A stretch of DNA of 64,000 nucleotides from Candidatus Kerfeldbacteria bacterium (GTDB taxonomy: Bacteria; Patescibacteriota; Patescibacteriia; UBA10025; JAHIVO01), in NCBI GenBank assembly GCA_047946875.1, contig CP181398.1, positions 79,154-143,153 on the forward strand. The letters run 5' to 3'. The translations under genes and the position numbers were made by a program. Of the stretch, positions 20,249 to 30,052 are shown one piece after another (positions within the stretch are counted from its first letter, which is position 1; each line of letters begins with the position of its first letter). The notes below the pieces were generated by a model that saw nothing but the letters and a program-made list of their open reading frames with translations, was not told the origin of the DNA and made no database searches.

Positions 20249-21523
20249 ATGTGGGAAAAAATAAGACAAATTTGGAAAATTAAGGATCTCCGTAATAAGA
20301 TTTTGTTTATTTTGGCTATGTTGGTTATTTTCCGATTAGCTGCTCATATTCCTATTCCAGGAATCAATATTGAAAATTTAAAGAATTTATTTCAATCGAA
20401 CCAATTGCTTGGTCTTTTGAATTTATTTTCTGGTGGTGGTATGGAAAATTTTTCAGTAGTTATGCTTGGTATTTCTCCTTATATTACTGCTTCGATTATT
20501 TTCCAATTATTAACAATGATTATTCCTAAATTGGAAGAAATGCAGAAGGAAGGTGAGTCTGGTAGAGCAAAATTAAATCAATATCAAAGAATATTAACTG
20601 TGCCTTTGGCAGCTATGTCAGGTTATGGAATGATTACATTCTTAAAATCATCGGGTCAAGGGATCGTCGATGAAATGTCAATATTTCAATTGGCCACCAC
20701 GATAATAACTATTACTGGTGGTACTATTTTCTTGATGTGGATAGGTGAGTTAATTACTGAGAAAAACATTGGCAATGGTATTTCATTATTAATTTTCGCC
20801 GGTATTGTGGCTAGTGTACCTACTCAGATACAACAAACATTAGCTACAATTGATTCAAATTCAATTGGTGCTTTAATAGCGTTTGCAATTATTTCAGTTA
20901 TTACAGTTGTTGGAATAGTAATTATTACTGAAGGGCAACGAAACATACCCGTTTCTTATGCGAAAAGGATCCGAGGCATGAAAATGTATGGTGGAGTAGA
21001 TACTCATTTGCCAATGAAGGTAAATCAAGCAGGTGTTATTCCAATTATTTTCGCAGTATCTATAGTCTTATTTCCTCCGATGATTGGTCAGTTTTTTGTA
21101 AATTCTGAAACTGCATGGTTGGCAAATTCCGCAGCTTTTGTAATTGATATTTTTCAAAATCAAGTATTTTATGCTGTGATATATTTCGTAATGGTTGTCG
21201 CATTCACATACTTTTATACAGCTGTTGTATTTCATCCAACTCAAATTTCAGAAAATTTACAGAAACAAGGTGGGTTCATTCCTGGTATTCGACCAGGGAA
21301 GCCAACTTCAGATTTTTTAAGTTATGTATCTAATAGAATTATATTGGGGGGTGCTTTATTCCTGGGCGTTATTGCTATATTACCAAATATCATAGCTTCG
21401 GTTACAAATATTACAACTCTGGTGATAGGTGGAACAAGTTTGTTAATTGTTGTATCTGTGGTTATTGAAATTGTTAAACAGGTTGAATCGCAATTAGTCA
21501 TGCGAAATTATGATGGATTTTAG
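20249..21523 (+). CDS. secY: preprotein translocase subunit SecY
   Basis: 10-TM protein carrying the conserved SecY plug (..GISPYITASII..). Confidence 0.95.
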   Translation: MWEKIRQIWKIKDLRNKILFILAMLVIFRLAAHIPIPGINIENLKNLFQSNQLLGLLNLFSGGGMENFSVVMLGISPYITASIIFQLLTMIIPKLEEMQKEGESGRAKLNQYQRILTVPLAAMSGYGMITFLKSSGQGIVDEMSIFQLATTIITITGGTIFLMWIGELITEKNIGNGISLLIFAGIVASVPTQIQQTLATIDSNSIGALIAFAIISVITVVGIVIITEGQRNIPVSYAKRIRGMKMYGGVDTHLPMKVNQAGVIPIIFAVSIVLFPPMIGQFFVNSETAWLANSAAFVIDIFQNQVFYAVIYFVMVVAFTYFYTAVVFHPTQISENLQKQGGFIPGIRPGKPTSDFLSYVSNRIILGGALFLGVIAILPNIIASVTNITTLVIGGTSLLIVVSVVIEIVKQVESQLVMRNYDGF

Positions 21524-21544
21524 TAAGGCCATTATAATCTAACT

Positions 21545-21570
21545 AACGACTTTTTATTAGTCGTTTTTTT
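21545..21570 (+). terminator. rho-independent terminator after secY
   Basis: aacgact-ttttatt-agtcgtt hairpin followed by TTTTTTT. Confidence 0.55.
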
Positions 21571-21602
21571 ATTTATTAATAAATTAGGGTATACTTAATA
21601 TT

Positions 21603-22202
21603 ATGAATAATAAACAAAAAATAGTTGCCTTAGTTGGCATGTCCGGAGCCGGTAAAAGTGAAGTGGCTGATAAATTTGTTGAAGCTGGTTATGAGTATTT
21701 ACGATTTGGACAGATTACTTTGGATGAAGTAAAAAAACGAGGGCTAGAGCCAAAAGAAGAAAACGAAAGACCAATTCGTGAAGCATTTAGAAAAGAACAT
21801 GGGATGGCTGCCTTTGCTATTTTAAACATGCCAAAGATGGATAAAATTTTATCTAATGGAAAAAATGTTTTGGCTGATGGTTTATACAGCTGGTCGGAGT
21901 ATAAGGTACTAAAAGATAAGTATAAAGATAACCTTATCGTGGTGGCTGTGTATGCACCTCCAGAAGTACGTTATGCTAGATTGGAAGATAGAAGATCTAA
22001 ATATAAAGATGATCCAAATATGAAATATCGATCATTTTCTAATTCAGAAGCAAAATCACGTGATTATTCAGAAATTGAAAATATTGAAAAAGCAGGTCCG
22101 ATAGCTATGGCAAATTATACAATAGTAAATACATTAACTTTAGAAAGTTTACATAAATGTATTGAATATATAATAAATGAAATTAATAATGGAAAAAAAT
22201 AA
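21603..22202 (+). CDS. P-loop nucleotide/nucleoside kinase (dephospho-CoA-kinase-like / AAA-type), exact specificity unknown
   Basis: Walker A motif VALVGMSGAGKSEV in a 199-aa protein of kinase size and layout. Sits between secY and adk. Confidence 0.4.
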   Translation: MNNKQKIVALVGMSGAGKSEVADKFVEAGYEYLRFGQITLDEVKKRGLEPKEENERPIREAFRKEHGMAAFAILNMPKMDKILSNGKNVLADGLYSWSEYKVLKDKYKDNLIVVAVYAPPEVRYARLEDRRSKYKDDPNMKYRSFSNSEAKSRDYSEIENIEKAGPIAMANYTIVNTLTLESLHKCIEYIINEINNGKK

Positions 22203-22851
22203 ACAATATAATATAATTATATTAGGTCCACAAGGTTCCGGTAAAGGATCACAGGCTATTCTTCTGGCTGAGAATTTTAATTTTGTTCATATTGAAACAG
22301 GAAAAATCTTTAGAAAGATGGCAAAGACTAATACTCCTTTAGGTATAAAAATTAATAATTTAATAAATATAAAAGGATCTTTAGTAAATGATGATCTTGT
22401 AATGAAAGTATTAATTAAATCATTGAGCAAAGTTCCAAAGAAAGATGGCTTACTATTTGATGGATTTCCTAGAACTTTAAATCAAGCAAAAGGTTTGGAT
22501 AAAATATTTGAAACAATTAATCGTGAATTAACACACGTTATATATATGCCGATTAAAAAAGCAACAACTTTGAAAAGGCTTACCAGGCGTAGGACTTGTG
22601 ATAAATGTGGAAAAATATTTATAAGTGGCGTTAATATAAAATCTAGTGTAACTAAATGCCCAGTTTGCAAAGGTAAAATAATACAACGGGAAGATGATAA
22701 ACCAAAAGCAATTTTAAAAAGACTTGATATTTTTAATAAACAAACAAAACCAATAATTAATTATTATATAAAACGTGGTCTAGTAATAAAAGTGGACGGT
22801 GAACCAACCATTAAGCAGGTATATAAAGTAGTTTTAAGAATTCTAAAATAA
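22189..22851 (+). CDS. adk: adenylate kinase (zinc-lid type)
   Basis: IILGPQGSGKGSQA P-loop and a LID domain with CDKCG...CPVCKG. The start chosen is ATG 22189 (MEKNK...); the alternative 22177 overlaps the upstream gene by 26 nt. Confidence 0.85.
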   Translation: MEKNKQYNIIILGPQGSGKGSQAILLAENFNFVHIETGKIFRKMAKTNTPLGIKINNLINIKGSLVNDDLVMKVLIKSLSKVPKKDGLLFDGFPRTLNQAKGLDKIFETINRELTHVIYMPIKKATTLKRLTRRRTCDKCGKIFISGVNIKSSVTKCPVCKGKIIQREDDKPKAILKRLDIFNKQTKPIINYYIKRGLVIKVDGEPTIKQVYKVVLRILK

Positions 22852-22853
22852 TT

Positions 22854-23600
22854 ATGTCTTTAATAAAAACAGTAGCAGAGATTAAAATAATTGAAGAGGG
22901 TGGTAAGATTTTGGCTGAAATTTTGAATTTAACTATTAGTAAATTAAAGATAGGAATGAGTACAATGGAACTAGATGCAATTGCTCAAACTTTTTTTGAT
23001 AAGTCTCCAGGAGTGCCATCGTTTAAAAATTACGAAGGTTTTCCGGCAGCAACCTGTATATCTGTAAATGATGGGGTGGTACATGGAATTCCTAAAAAGG
23101 ATAAAATACTCAAAGATGGTGATATTGTTGGGATTGATTTGGGTTTAAAATATAAAGGTTTATATACTGATATGGCTAAAACCGTCCCAGTAGGAAAAAT
23201 TACTAAAAGTAATGAAAAATTATTATCTGTTACAAAAAAATCTTTAGAACTAGGTATTAGTCAGGCAAGACCAGGCAATAAAATTGGAGATATTGGATTC
23301 GCCGTACAGAACTATGCAGAAAAAATGGGCTTTTCTGTAGTTAGGACATTAGTGGGTCATGGTGTGGGTCATGAAGTACATGAAGAGCCTAGAGTACCCA
23401 ATTTTGGTACAAAGGGTCAGGGTGGAGATATTTTAGAAGGAATGGTCTTGGCAATTGAACCAATGTTAAATATTGGAAAATACGACGTAGAGACTAGTAG
23501 TGATCAATGGACGATAACAACAGTAGATGGCAGCTTATCTGCCCATTTTGAGCATACTATTGCTGTTACAGCAAAGGGGGCTAAAGTATTAACTCTCTAA
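22854..23600 (+). CDS. map: methionine aminopeptidase type I
   Basis: Pita-bread fold motifs (..GHGVGHEVHEEP.., ..AIEPM..). Confidence 0.9.
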   Translation: MSLIKTVAEIKIIEEGGKILAEILNLTISKLKIGMSTMELDAIAQTFFDKSPGVPSFKNYEGFPAATCISVNDGVVHGIPKKDKILKDGDIVGIDLGLKYKGLYTDMAKTVPVGKITKSNEKLLSVTKKSLELGISQARPGNKIGDIGFAVQNYAEKMGFSVVRTLVGHGVGHEVHEEPRVPNFGTKGQGGDILEGMVLAIEPMLNIGKYDVETSSDQWTITTVDGSLSAHFEHTIAVTAKGAKVLTL

Positions 23601-23609
23601 TCAAAGGTT

Positions 23610-24023
23610 ATGTCAAAAATATTAGGAATTGATTATGGTGGCCATCGGATGGGTTTGGCGATCTCAGATGAGGGATGGCAATATGCATTTATTTTTAAAA
23701 CTTTAGACTTTACATCTAAGACGTTAATGAAAGATTTAGTCGAGATTTGTCATGATGAAAAGGTAAAAAAAATAATATTAGGTTTGCCATTAAATCAACA
23801 TGGTGAGGTTGGCCCAAAAGCTCAGGAAGTAACAGATTGGGCAAAAGAAGTAGAAATGTTATTGAAAATACCTATTATTTTTGAGGATGAACGATTTACT
23901 TCAGTGATGTCAAAGAAATTATTACATAATTCGGGTCGTAAAAAGAAACGTCCTAAAGGTGATATCGATCAACAGTCCGCTCGACTTATATTACAAGCAT
24001 ATTTAGATAAACAACATGGATAA
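23610..24023 (+). CDS. ruvX: Holliday-junction resolvase-like YqgF/RuvX (pre-16S rRNA nuclease)
   Basis: ILGIDYGGHRMGLAISDE and ..ERFTS.. match the RuvX/RNase H-like fold. Confidence 0.8.
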   Translation: MSKILGIDYGGHRMGLAISDEGWQYAFIFKTLDFTSKTLMKDLVEICHDEKVKKIILGLPLNQHGEVGPKAQEVTDWAKEVEMLLKIPIIFEDERFTSVMSKKLLHNSGRKKKRPKGDIDQQSARLILQAYLDKQHG

Positions 24024-25131
24024 TTATTTATCAATTATTGACTATATCATTCCATTTTTCGCTGCTTTTATTTTATCGTTGATCTTTACTTATTTTGTTA
24101 GAAAAATTGCTATTGCAAAACAAATAGTTGATAAAGCTGATGAAACTAATGAGCGTAAAATTCATAAAACTAATATACCATTACTTGGTGGAATAGCTAT
24201 TTTTATTAGTGTTGTATTAGTAGTATTAATTTACACTTTGTTTTCAGATCGGATACTTGGAGGATATGTATTACCAAAGTATTTGTGGGGGATGTTAATT
24301 GCCGGTATTTTATTAATGCTCGGAGGTTTTTTAGATGATAAATATAATTTAAAACCTTCTAAGCAAATCATGTGGCCTATTTTAGCAACACTAACAGTAA
24401 TAGGTGTTGGGATTGGAATAAATTATATTACTAATCCTTTCGGAGGCACAATAAATTTTGATACAATAAAAATTGAACTTTTTACAATAGAAAATATTCC
24501 ATATTATTTTATTGTTTTAGCTGATATTTTTGCATTTCTTTGGCTGATGGGTATGATGTACACAACTAAGTTTTTAGATGGACTGGATGGATTGGTGTCT
24601 GGTATAACGACTATTGGAGCATTTATATTATTCTTTTTAAGTCTTAACTCTGATGTAGCTCAACCCGAAACCGCATTATTATCTATAATTTTGGCAGGAG
24701 CTACGGCCGGTTTTCTGATATGGAATTTTCACCCAGCAAAAATATTTTTAGGTGAAGGCGGAAGTTTGTTTATGGGTTTTATGCTTGGAGTATTATCTAT
24801 TATTTCAGGAGCAAAGATAGCCACAGCTTTACTAATTATGGGGATTCCTATATTGGATGTTGTTTGGGTAATTATTAGAAGGGTTTTAATTGATAAGAAG
24901 TCACCATTTTCCTCAGCTGATAAAAAACATCTTCATTTCAGGTTATTGGATGTTGGCTTATCACACAGACAAGTAGTTTTATTATTATATTTTATTAGTT
25001 TGTCGTTTGGCAGTGTGGCAATATTTATGTCTGGTCAAGAAAAATTTATTGCACTTTGTTTAATGGTTTTTGTGATGATTTTATTCGTTTGGTTCATCAT
25101 AAAACGTTATCGTAACAGGAAAATTAATTAA
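24016..25131 (+). CDS. WecA-like glycosyl-1-phosphate transferase, MraY/WecA family (polyprenol-phosphate sugar-1-phosphate transferase)
   Basis: About 10 TM helices; the DDxxD-like motif (..LDDKYNL..) and the LDGLDGLVSG motif are shared by MraY and WecA. Confidence 0.7.
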   Translation: MDNYLSIIDYIIPFFAAFILSLIFTYFVRKIAIAKQIVDKADETNERKIHKTNIPLLGGIAIFISVVLVVLIYTLFSDRILGGYVLPKYLWGMLIAGILLMLGGFLDDKYNLKPSKQIMWPILATLTVIGVGIGINYITNPFGGTINFDTIKIELFTIENIPYYFIVLADIFAFLWLMGMMYTTKFLDGLDGLVSGITTIGAFILFFLSLNSDVAQPETALLSIILAGATAGFLIWNFHPAKIFLGEGGSLFMGFMLGVLSIISGAKIATALLIMGIPILDVVWVIIRRVLIDKKSPFSSADKKHLHFRLLDVGLSHRQVVLLLYFISLSFGSVAIFMSGQEKFIALCLMVFVMILFVWFIIKRYRNRKIN

Positions 25132-25141
25132 TTGTTTAAAT

Positions 25142-25630
25142 ATGAAAATTAAAGGATTTAGTAAAACTTTTTGGATATTAATAATGATGTTAATCATATT
25201 TGGAATTATTTTTTGGTCGGTAGGTGGCTCAAGAGTTGTTGATGAAGCACCGTATTATCTTAAGTCAGTGATTGGTGAAGCTAGCAAGGTTGTAATAAAT
25301 AATCAAGAATTTGGAGTAGAATTGGCAAGAACAGAAAGAGCTAGATTAAAGGGATTGTCTAAAAGGGACTACCTTGCGCCAGATAAAGGGATGTTGTTTA
25401 TTTTTGATGAACCGGGTATTTATTCTTTTACAATGAAGGATACAAGTATTTCTTTGGATATTATTTGGATATTGGAAGATGAAATTACATATATTAAAAG
25501 TAGAGCAATGCCTGGTGAAGAAATTATTACTCCTAATAATAATGCTAATTATGTGTTGGAAGTTAGACCTGGGAATGCATCTGTAGGAGGATGGAAAGTG
25601 GGTGATAAAGTAGAGATTAATCTTGACTGA
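25142..25630 (+). CDS. DUF192-domain protein (COG1430)
   Basis: N-terminal TM helix and the motif ..DKGMLFIFDEPGIYSFTMKDTSISLDIIWI.. Confidence 0.6.
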   Translation: MKIKGFSKTFWILIMMLIIFGIIFWSVGGSRVVDEAPYYLKSVIGEASKVVINNQEFGVELARTERARLKGLSKRDYLAPDKGMLFIFDEPGIYSFTMKDTSISLDIIWILEDEITYIKSRAMPGEEIITPNNNANYVLEVRPGNASVGGWKVGDKVEINLD

Positions 25631-25690
25631 TATAAGTAAGTTTGATAATATAAATATCACATTATCTTAATAAATATATAATCATAAAAT

Positions 25691-26011
25691 ATGAAAATTG
25701 CAGTAATTGCCACCGGAGGCAAGCAGTATCTAGTAAAAGAGGGAGATACGTTAAAAGTAGAAAAACTTAATAAAAAAAAGGATGCTGAAGTAACTTTTAG
25801 TAAAGTATTACTATATTCTGATGGTAAGAAAACAGAAGTAGGACAACCTTCTGTTAAAGGAGTTAAAGTAACTGGTAAAGTGTTGGAAGAGGCACGAAGT
25901 AGAAAAGTTATGGTTGTTAAATATAAATCAAAAATTCGCTACAAAAGAACTCTTGGACATAGACAGCATTTTACGAAAATCAAAATAGAGAAAATTGTTG
26001 TAGGAAAATAA
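25691..26011 (+). CDS. rplU: 50S ribosomal protein L21
   Basis: MKIAVIATGGKQYLVKEGDTLKVEKL is canonical L21. Confidence 0.9.
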   Translation: MKIAVIATGGKQYLVKEGDTLKVEKLNKKKDAEVTFSKVLLYSDGKKTEVGQPSVKGVKVTGKVLEEARSRKVMVVKYKSKIRYKRTLGHRQHFTKIKIEKIVVGK

Positions 26012-26058
26012 TATTAAATAAAAAACAGTCTGATCGTATATGATAGGTTGTTTTTTTA

Positions 26059-26658
26059 TTATACTTCCTGTCTACCTTTTAGGGCACTGGCAATAGTTAT
26101 TTCGTCAGCGTATTCGATGGTTGAACCGATTGGTAGTCCTTTTGCAAGTTTTGTAATTTTGATTTTTAATGGTTTTAATTGCTGAGTTATATACATAGCT
26201 GTAGATTCTCCTTCTAGGTCTGGGTTTGTTGCAATAATAATTTCTTGGTAGCCATTGTTTTTAATCCTATTTACTAGTTCTTTTATTTTTAATTGATCTG
26301 GGGTGATATTATGAGCAGGATTAATTACGCCTCCTAAGACGTGATAAGAACCATTATAATCTCCTGTTTTTTCTATTACTAGGATATCTTGGGGTTCAGA
26401 TACAATACATAGTAGCTTATTGTCGCGGGTTTTGTCTTCGCATATTTGGCATGGATTTTGAGTAGAAACATTAAAACAATAATTACATATTTTAACTAAG
26501 TTTTTTAATTCGGCAATATTATTTAATAGAAGTTTGATGCTGTCTGGATTTTGTTTCATCAAATAAAAAACAACTCGTTCAGCCGCTTTCGGACCAAGTC
26601 CGGGCCAGCGAGATAGTTTTTCTATTAAATTATTTATTGGTTCAGGATATTGAGACAT
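26059..26658 (-). CDS. recR: recombination protein RecR
   Basis: HhH LSRWPGLGPKAAERVVFYL, a C4 zinc finger CNYC...CQIC, and a Toprim domain. Confidence 0.9.
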   Translation of the reverse strand: MSQYPEPINNLIEKLSRWPGLGPKAAERVVFYLMKQNPDSIKLLLNNIAELKNLVKICNYCFNVSTQNPCQICEDKTRDNKLLCIVSEPQDILVIEKTGDYNGSYHVLGGVINPAHNITPDQLKIKELVNRIKNNGYQEIIIATNPDLEGESTAMYITQQLKPLKIKITKLAKGLPIGSTIEYADEITIASALKGRQEV

Positions 26659-26659
26659 A

Positions 26660-26956
26660 TTACATCCCAGGTATGTTTAATCCGCCCATACTTTGCATTT
26701 TTTGAGCCATTACTCTCTGAGCTTTTTTTACAGCATCGTTGGTTGCATCCTTAATACCTTTTTCTAACTCTTCTTTTTTGTCAGGAGTCAATAATTCTGG
26801 ATCAATCTCTACACTAAGAACTTCTTGATTGCCATCCATAACAATATTTACTTTACCATGAATTGCTTCAGCGTTTACAGTTTCTTCAGCCAACATTGTT
26901 TTCATCTGGTTTGCTTGATCTCTTAAATTTTTTAGATCTTTTATTTTATTGAACAT
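26660..26956 (-). CDS. ybaB: nucleoid-associated protein YbaB/EbfC
   Basis: A 98-aa protein (MFNKIKDLKNLRDQANQMKTML...GGLNIPGM) lying immediately upstream of recR. Confidence 0.8.
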   Translation of the reverse strand: MFNKIKDLKNLRDQANQMKTMLAEETVNAEAIHGKVNIVMDGNQEVLSVEIDPELLTPDKKEELEKGIKDATNDAVKKAQRVMAQKMQSMGGLNIPGM

Positions 26957-26967
26957 ATATTTATTTA

Positions 26968-28338
26968 TTAATTAAAAGGTTCTTCAACGGCCATTTTTTT
27001 ATCAAGGTTTTTGAAAGAAACTAAGTTTTCGTCAAAGAATAAATTTATTATGCCAGTTGGACCGTTACGATGTTTTGCTACGTAAATTTCTGAAATATTT
27101 TTTTTGGCTGGATCTAAATCTTTTTTATACATAGATTCTCTATAAATAAACATTACGATATCAGCATCTTGCTCAATTGAACCAGATTCTCTTAGATCGG
27201 CTAATTTTGGTATAGGGGGAGTACGAGATTCAACAGCACGAGATAATTGTGATAGGGCTAGGACAGGTATATTGAGTTCTCTAGCAATTTGTTTTAGAGA
27301 TCTAGTGATTTCACTAATTTCTTGAACACGATTTTCACTATTAGTACGACCTTGCATAAGCTGTAAATAATCAATAATAATTAGTCCAAGATTATGCTCT
27401 GCTTGCAATCTTCTCGCTTTAGTTCTAATTTCCATGATGTTTGCTGAGGCAGTATCGTCTATAAAGATGGGAGCTTCGGATAGAACACCCATAGCATTTC
27501 CAATTCTAGAAAAGTCTTCATCTTCAGATAATTTACCAGTTCTCATTCTCCAAAGATCTACCCCGGCTTGTGAGCAGAGGAGTCTGTCGACAAGTTGTTC
27601 TTTACTCATTTCCAAACTAAATAGACCGACTGGTATTTTAGATCCAATAGCAACTTGTTTGGCTATATCGAGTGCCAGAGTAGTTTTACCCATAGAAGGT
27701 CTAGCAGCTAAAATAATTAAATCAGATTTTTGTAATCCAGCTAATAGATTGTCCATATCTGTAAATCCTGTTGGCACACCTCTAAGTTTACCAGATTCTT
27801 TATGGAGCTCATCAATCCTGTCGAATGCTTCTGTTAGGACTGATTTAATAGGAATAAAATTTTGTTTCAGATGTTTTTGTGAAACGCCAAAAATTCTTTG
27901 TTCCGCTTCATCGAGTAATTTGTCTACGCTTTCTGTTTCTTGGTAGCCTAGCTCAGTTATTTGGGATGCTGCATTTAGTAATCTACGTAAGGTTGCTTTT
28001 TTTTGAACAATATTTGCATAACTAAAAATATGTGATGAACTTGGCACCATGTTAGCTAAACTTGCTAAATAACTTCTTCCACCAATAGTTTCTAGCTTTC
28101 CCTTTTCGTTTAAGTTGTTTGATAATGATACTACGTCAATTGGTTCACGGTTTTGATATAGGTCAGCCATGGACTCATATATCATGCCATGAATATCTTT
28201 ATAGAAATCATCTGGGTTAATTATATCTGCTATCTTTGTGATTGCTTCTTTATCAATTAAAAGAGACCCTAAAACAGATTGTTCAGCTTCAAGGTTCTGT
28301 GGTGGTAATTTCTCAATATTGCTTGTTTTTTTTGCCAT
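26968..28338 (-). CDS. dnaB: replicative DNA helicase DnaB
   Basis: Walker A AARPSMGKTTLAL, the LSQLSR motif, and the N-terminal DnaB domain. Confidence 0.9.
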   Translation of the reverse strand: MAKKTSNIEKLPPQNLEAEQSVLGSLLIDKEAITKIADIINPDDFYKDIHGMIYESMADLYQNREPIDVVSLSNNLNEKGKLETIGGRSYLASLANMVPSSSHIFSYANIVQKKATLRRLLNAASQITELGYQETESVDKLLDEAEQRIFGVSQKHLKQNFIPIKSVLTEAFDRIDELHKESGKLRGVPTGFTDMDNLLAGLQKSDLIILAARPSMGKTTLALDIAKQVAIGSKIPVGLFSLEMSKEQLVDRLLCSQAGVDLWRMRTGKLSEDEDFSRIGNAMGVLSEAPIFIDDTASANIMEIRTKARRLQAEHNLGLIIIDYLQLMQGRTNSENRVQEISEITRSLKQIARELNIPVLALSQLSRAVESRTPPIPKLADLRESGSIEQDADIVMFIYRESMYKKDLDPAKKNISEIYVAKHRNGPTGIINLFFDENLVSFKNLDKKMAVEEPFN

Positions 28339-28448
28339 TTAGGAATTTTTGTAATGTTTTTAGTGTATATATTTTAGCTTAAGAAGCTATTTAATTCAAG
28401 GGCTATAAACACACAAATCCTACACATATTATCCACCTTCTTAAATTA

Positions 28449-28477
28449 TTGACAAAAATGAGTTTGATTGGTATTAT
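28449..28477 (+). promoter_or_regulatory. near-consensus sigma70 promoter (TTGACA-17-TATTAT)
   Basis: ttgaca at 28449-28454 and tattat at 28472-28477. An AGGAGG RBS lies before ATG 28533. Confidence 0.45.
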
Positions 28478-28532
28478 CTAACAAAATTGATCTTTATTGT
28501 TTAAATATAACTTTTTCAGGAGGCTTAGAAAA

Positions 28533-28730
28533 ATGGCAAAAAAGGATTTTGTATTAAGAGGCAAAAAAGGTAATCGGCAGATGTTTCATAAGATCACAGG
28601 AAATCTTATCGGTGAAGAAGATAAGAGCGGACAATGGACAGGTCCATCAGATGGTCCTGATGCATTGACCGTAAATACCCCTGAGTTGCTACGTAGCGCT
28701 CAAAAAGCTGCTAGCGAAAAGTATTTATAG
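28533..28730 (+). CDS. hypothetical small protein (65 aa)
   Basis: ORF with RBS aggagg 9 nt upstream (MAKKDFVLRGKKGNRQMFHKITG...). The internal start was chosen over the ORF-track start at 28497. A hairpin plus T8 follows at 28747-28785. Confidence 0.35.
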   Translation: MAKKDFVLRGKKGNRQMFHKITGNLIGEEDKSGQWTGPSDGPDALTVNTPELLRSAQKAASEKYL

Positions 28731-28833
28731 TAAATATAAATAATATGATCGGTTGGATTAATTTCTTACCGATTTTTTTTAACAAAATCACCTTAAGGTT
28801 AGTTAAAGCGATCTATAATAATCAAGAATCCTC

Positions 28834-28907
28834 TGAGCCGTGGGGGACTCGAACCTCCGACACCCTGCTTAAAAGGCAGGTGCTCTAACCAACTGAGCTA
28901 ACGGCCC
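28834..28907 (-). tRNA. tRNA-Lys (anticodon TTT)
   Basis: The reverse complement, GGGCCGTTAGCTCAGTTGGTTAGAGCACCTGCCTTTTAAGCAGGGTGTCGGAGGTTCGAGTCCCCCACGGCTCA, folds as a cloverleaf with anticodon loop CTTTTAA. Confidence 0.8.
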
Positions 28908-29069
28908 AAGGAATCTTTGACTAGTTTATTAATGTATATAATATATAAAGTACAGGAAAACAATAAGCCTATGGCTCGTATATGCATAAAATACTAACAG
29001 AATGTATTTTTTTTGGCAAGAGCTGAAAAATTTAGTATAATATAAGCATAATTAAGTAATAATAATAAT

Positions 29070-29849
29070 ATGGGTTATTTCGTAGTTTTTATAGTAATTT
29101 TCATTTTATTAATCTCTATTAGACAGATTAATCAGTATCAAAGAGGGGTTAAATTTACAATGGGTAGGTATACTTCCACTGTTGAACCTGGTTGGCGATT
29201 AGTAATTCCAATTTTTCAAATGATGAAAAAAGTGGATATGCGTGTAGTAGCAATCGATGTGCCAGATCAGGATGCTATTACTAGGGATAATGTCACAATT
29301 AAAGTAAATGCTGTTTTGTATTTTAAGGTTACTGATGCTAGAGCAGCGATTATTGAAGTAGAGCATTATTCTTATGCTGTGTCTCAAGTGGCCCAGACTA
29401 CGATGAGAGATATTGTTGGTGAAACAGAGTTGGATGAACTATTACAAAAACGAGACGAAATTTCAAAGAAAATCCAATCTATAGTTGATAAAGCCACTGA
29501 CGAATGGGGTATTAAGGTTGTAGCTGTTGAATTAAAACATATTGAATTACCTGAGAATATGCAGAGAACAATAGCAAAACAGGCAGAGGCAGAGAGAGAA
29601 AGAAGAGCAGTTATTATTAAAGCAGAGGGTGAAGTAGCTTCAGCAGATAATATGGCTAAAGCCGCACAAAGGTTAGCTGAGGCTCCTGGCGCATTACATC
29701 TAAGAACATTACAATCAATAAATGATTTATCATCAGATCAGTCAAATACAGTTGTTTTTGCTATGCCAATAGAAGCATTAAGAGCAATGGAAGGTATGGG
29801 TAGATTTATGAATAAAAAGGCTGATGATGTAAAAATTGAGAAAAAGTAA
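29070..29849 (+). CDS. SPFH/band-7 (stomatin/prohibitin-like) membrane protein
   Basis: N-terminal TM helix; the SPFH domain shows QINQYQRGVKFTMGRY...VIPIFQ and a coiled-coil EAERERRA. Confidence 0.8.
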   Translation: MGYFVVFIVIFILLISIRQINQYQRGVKFTMGRYTSTVEPGWRLVIPIFQMMKKVDMRVVAIDVPDQDAITRDNVTIKVNAVLYFKVTDARAAIIEVEHYSYAVSQVAQTTMRDIVGETELDELLQKRDEISKKIQSIVDKATDEWGIKVVAVELKHIELPENMQRTIAKQAEAERERRAVIIKAEGEVASADNMAKAAQRLAEAPGALHLRTLQSINDLSSDQSNTVVFAMPIEALRAMEGMGRFMNKKADDVKIEKK

Positions 29850-29863
29850 AACTAGCTCAGGGC

Positions 29864-29892
29864 TTGACAAAAAGAAGTTTTTAATATATAAT
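29864..29892 (+). promoter_or_regulatory. sigma70-like promoter (TTGACA-17-TATAAT)
   Basis: ttgaca at 29864-29869 and tataat at 29887-29892. Confidence 0.4.
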
Positions 29893-29917
29893 CATTTAAA
29901 TAGTAAAATAAATATTT

Positions 29918-30007
29918 ATGGAGACAAGTGGAGGACAAATAATTGTAATAATAATTCTAATAGTATTTGGTGCCGCATTTTATTTCTATACTAAAAAAAA
30001 GTTTTAA
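29918..30007 (+). CDS. 29-aa single-TM mini-protein
   Basis: METSGGQIIVIIILIVFGAAFYFYTKKKF, located downstream of a strong promoter. Too short for the ORF track. Confidence 0.25.
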   Translation: METSGGQIIVIIILIVFGAAFYFYTKKKF

Positions 30008-30052
30008 ATAATTAATTAATAAATCTATATTAATATAGAGAGGGGGTGGATT

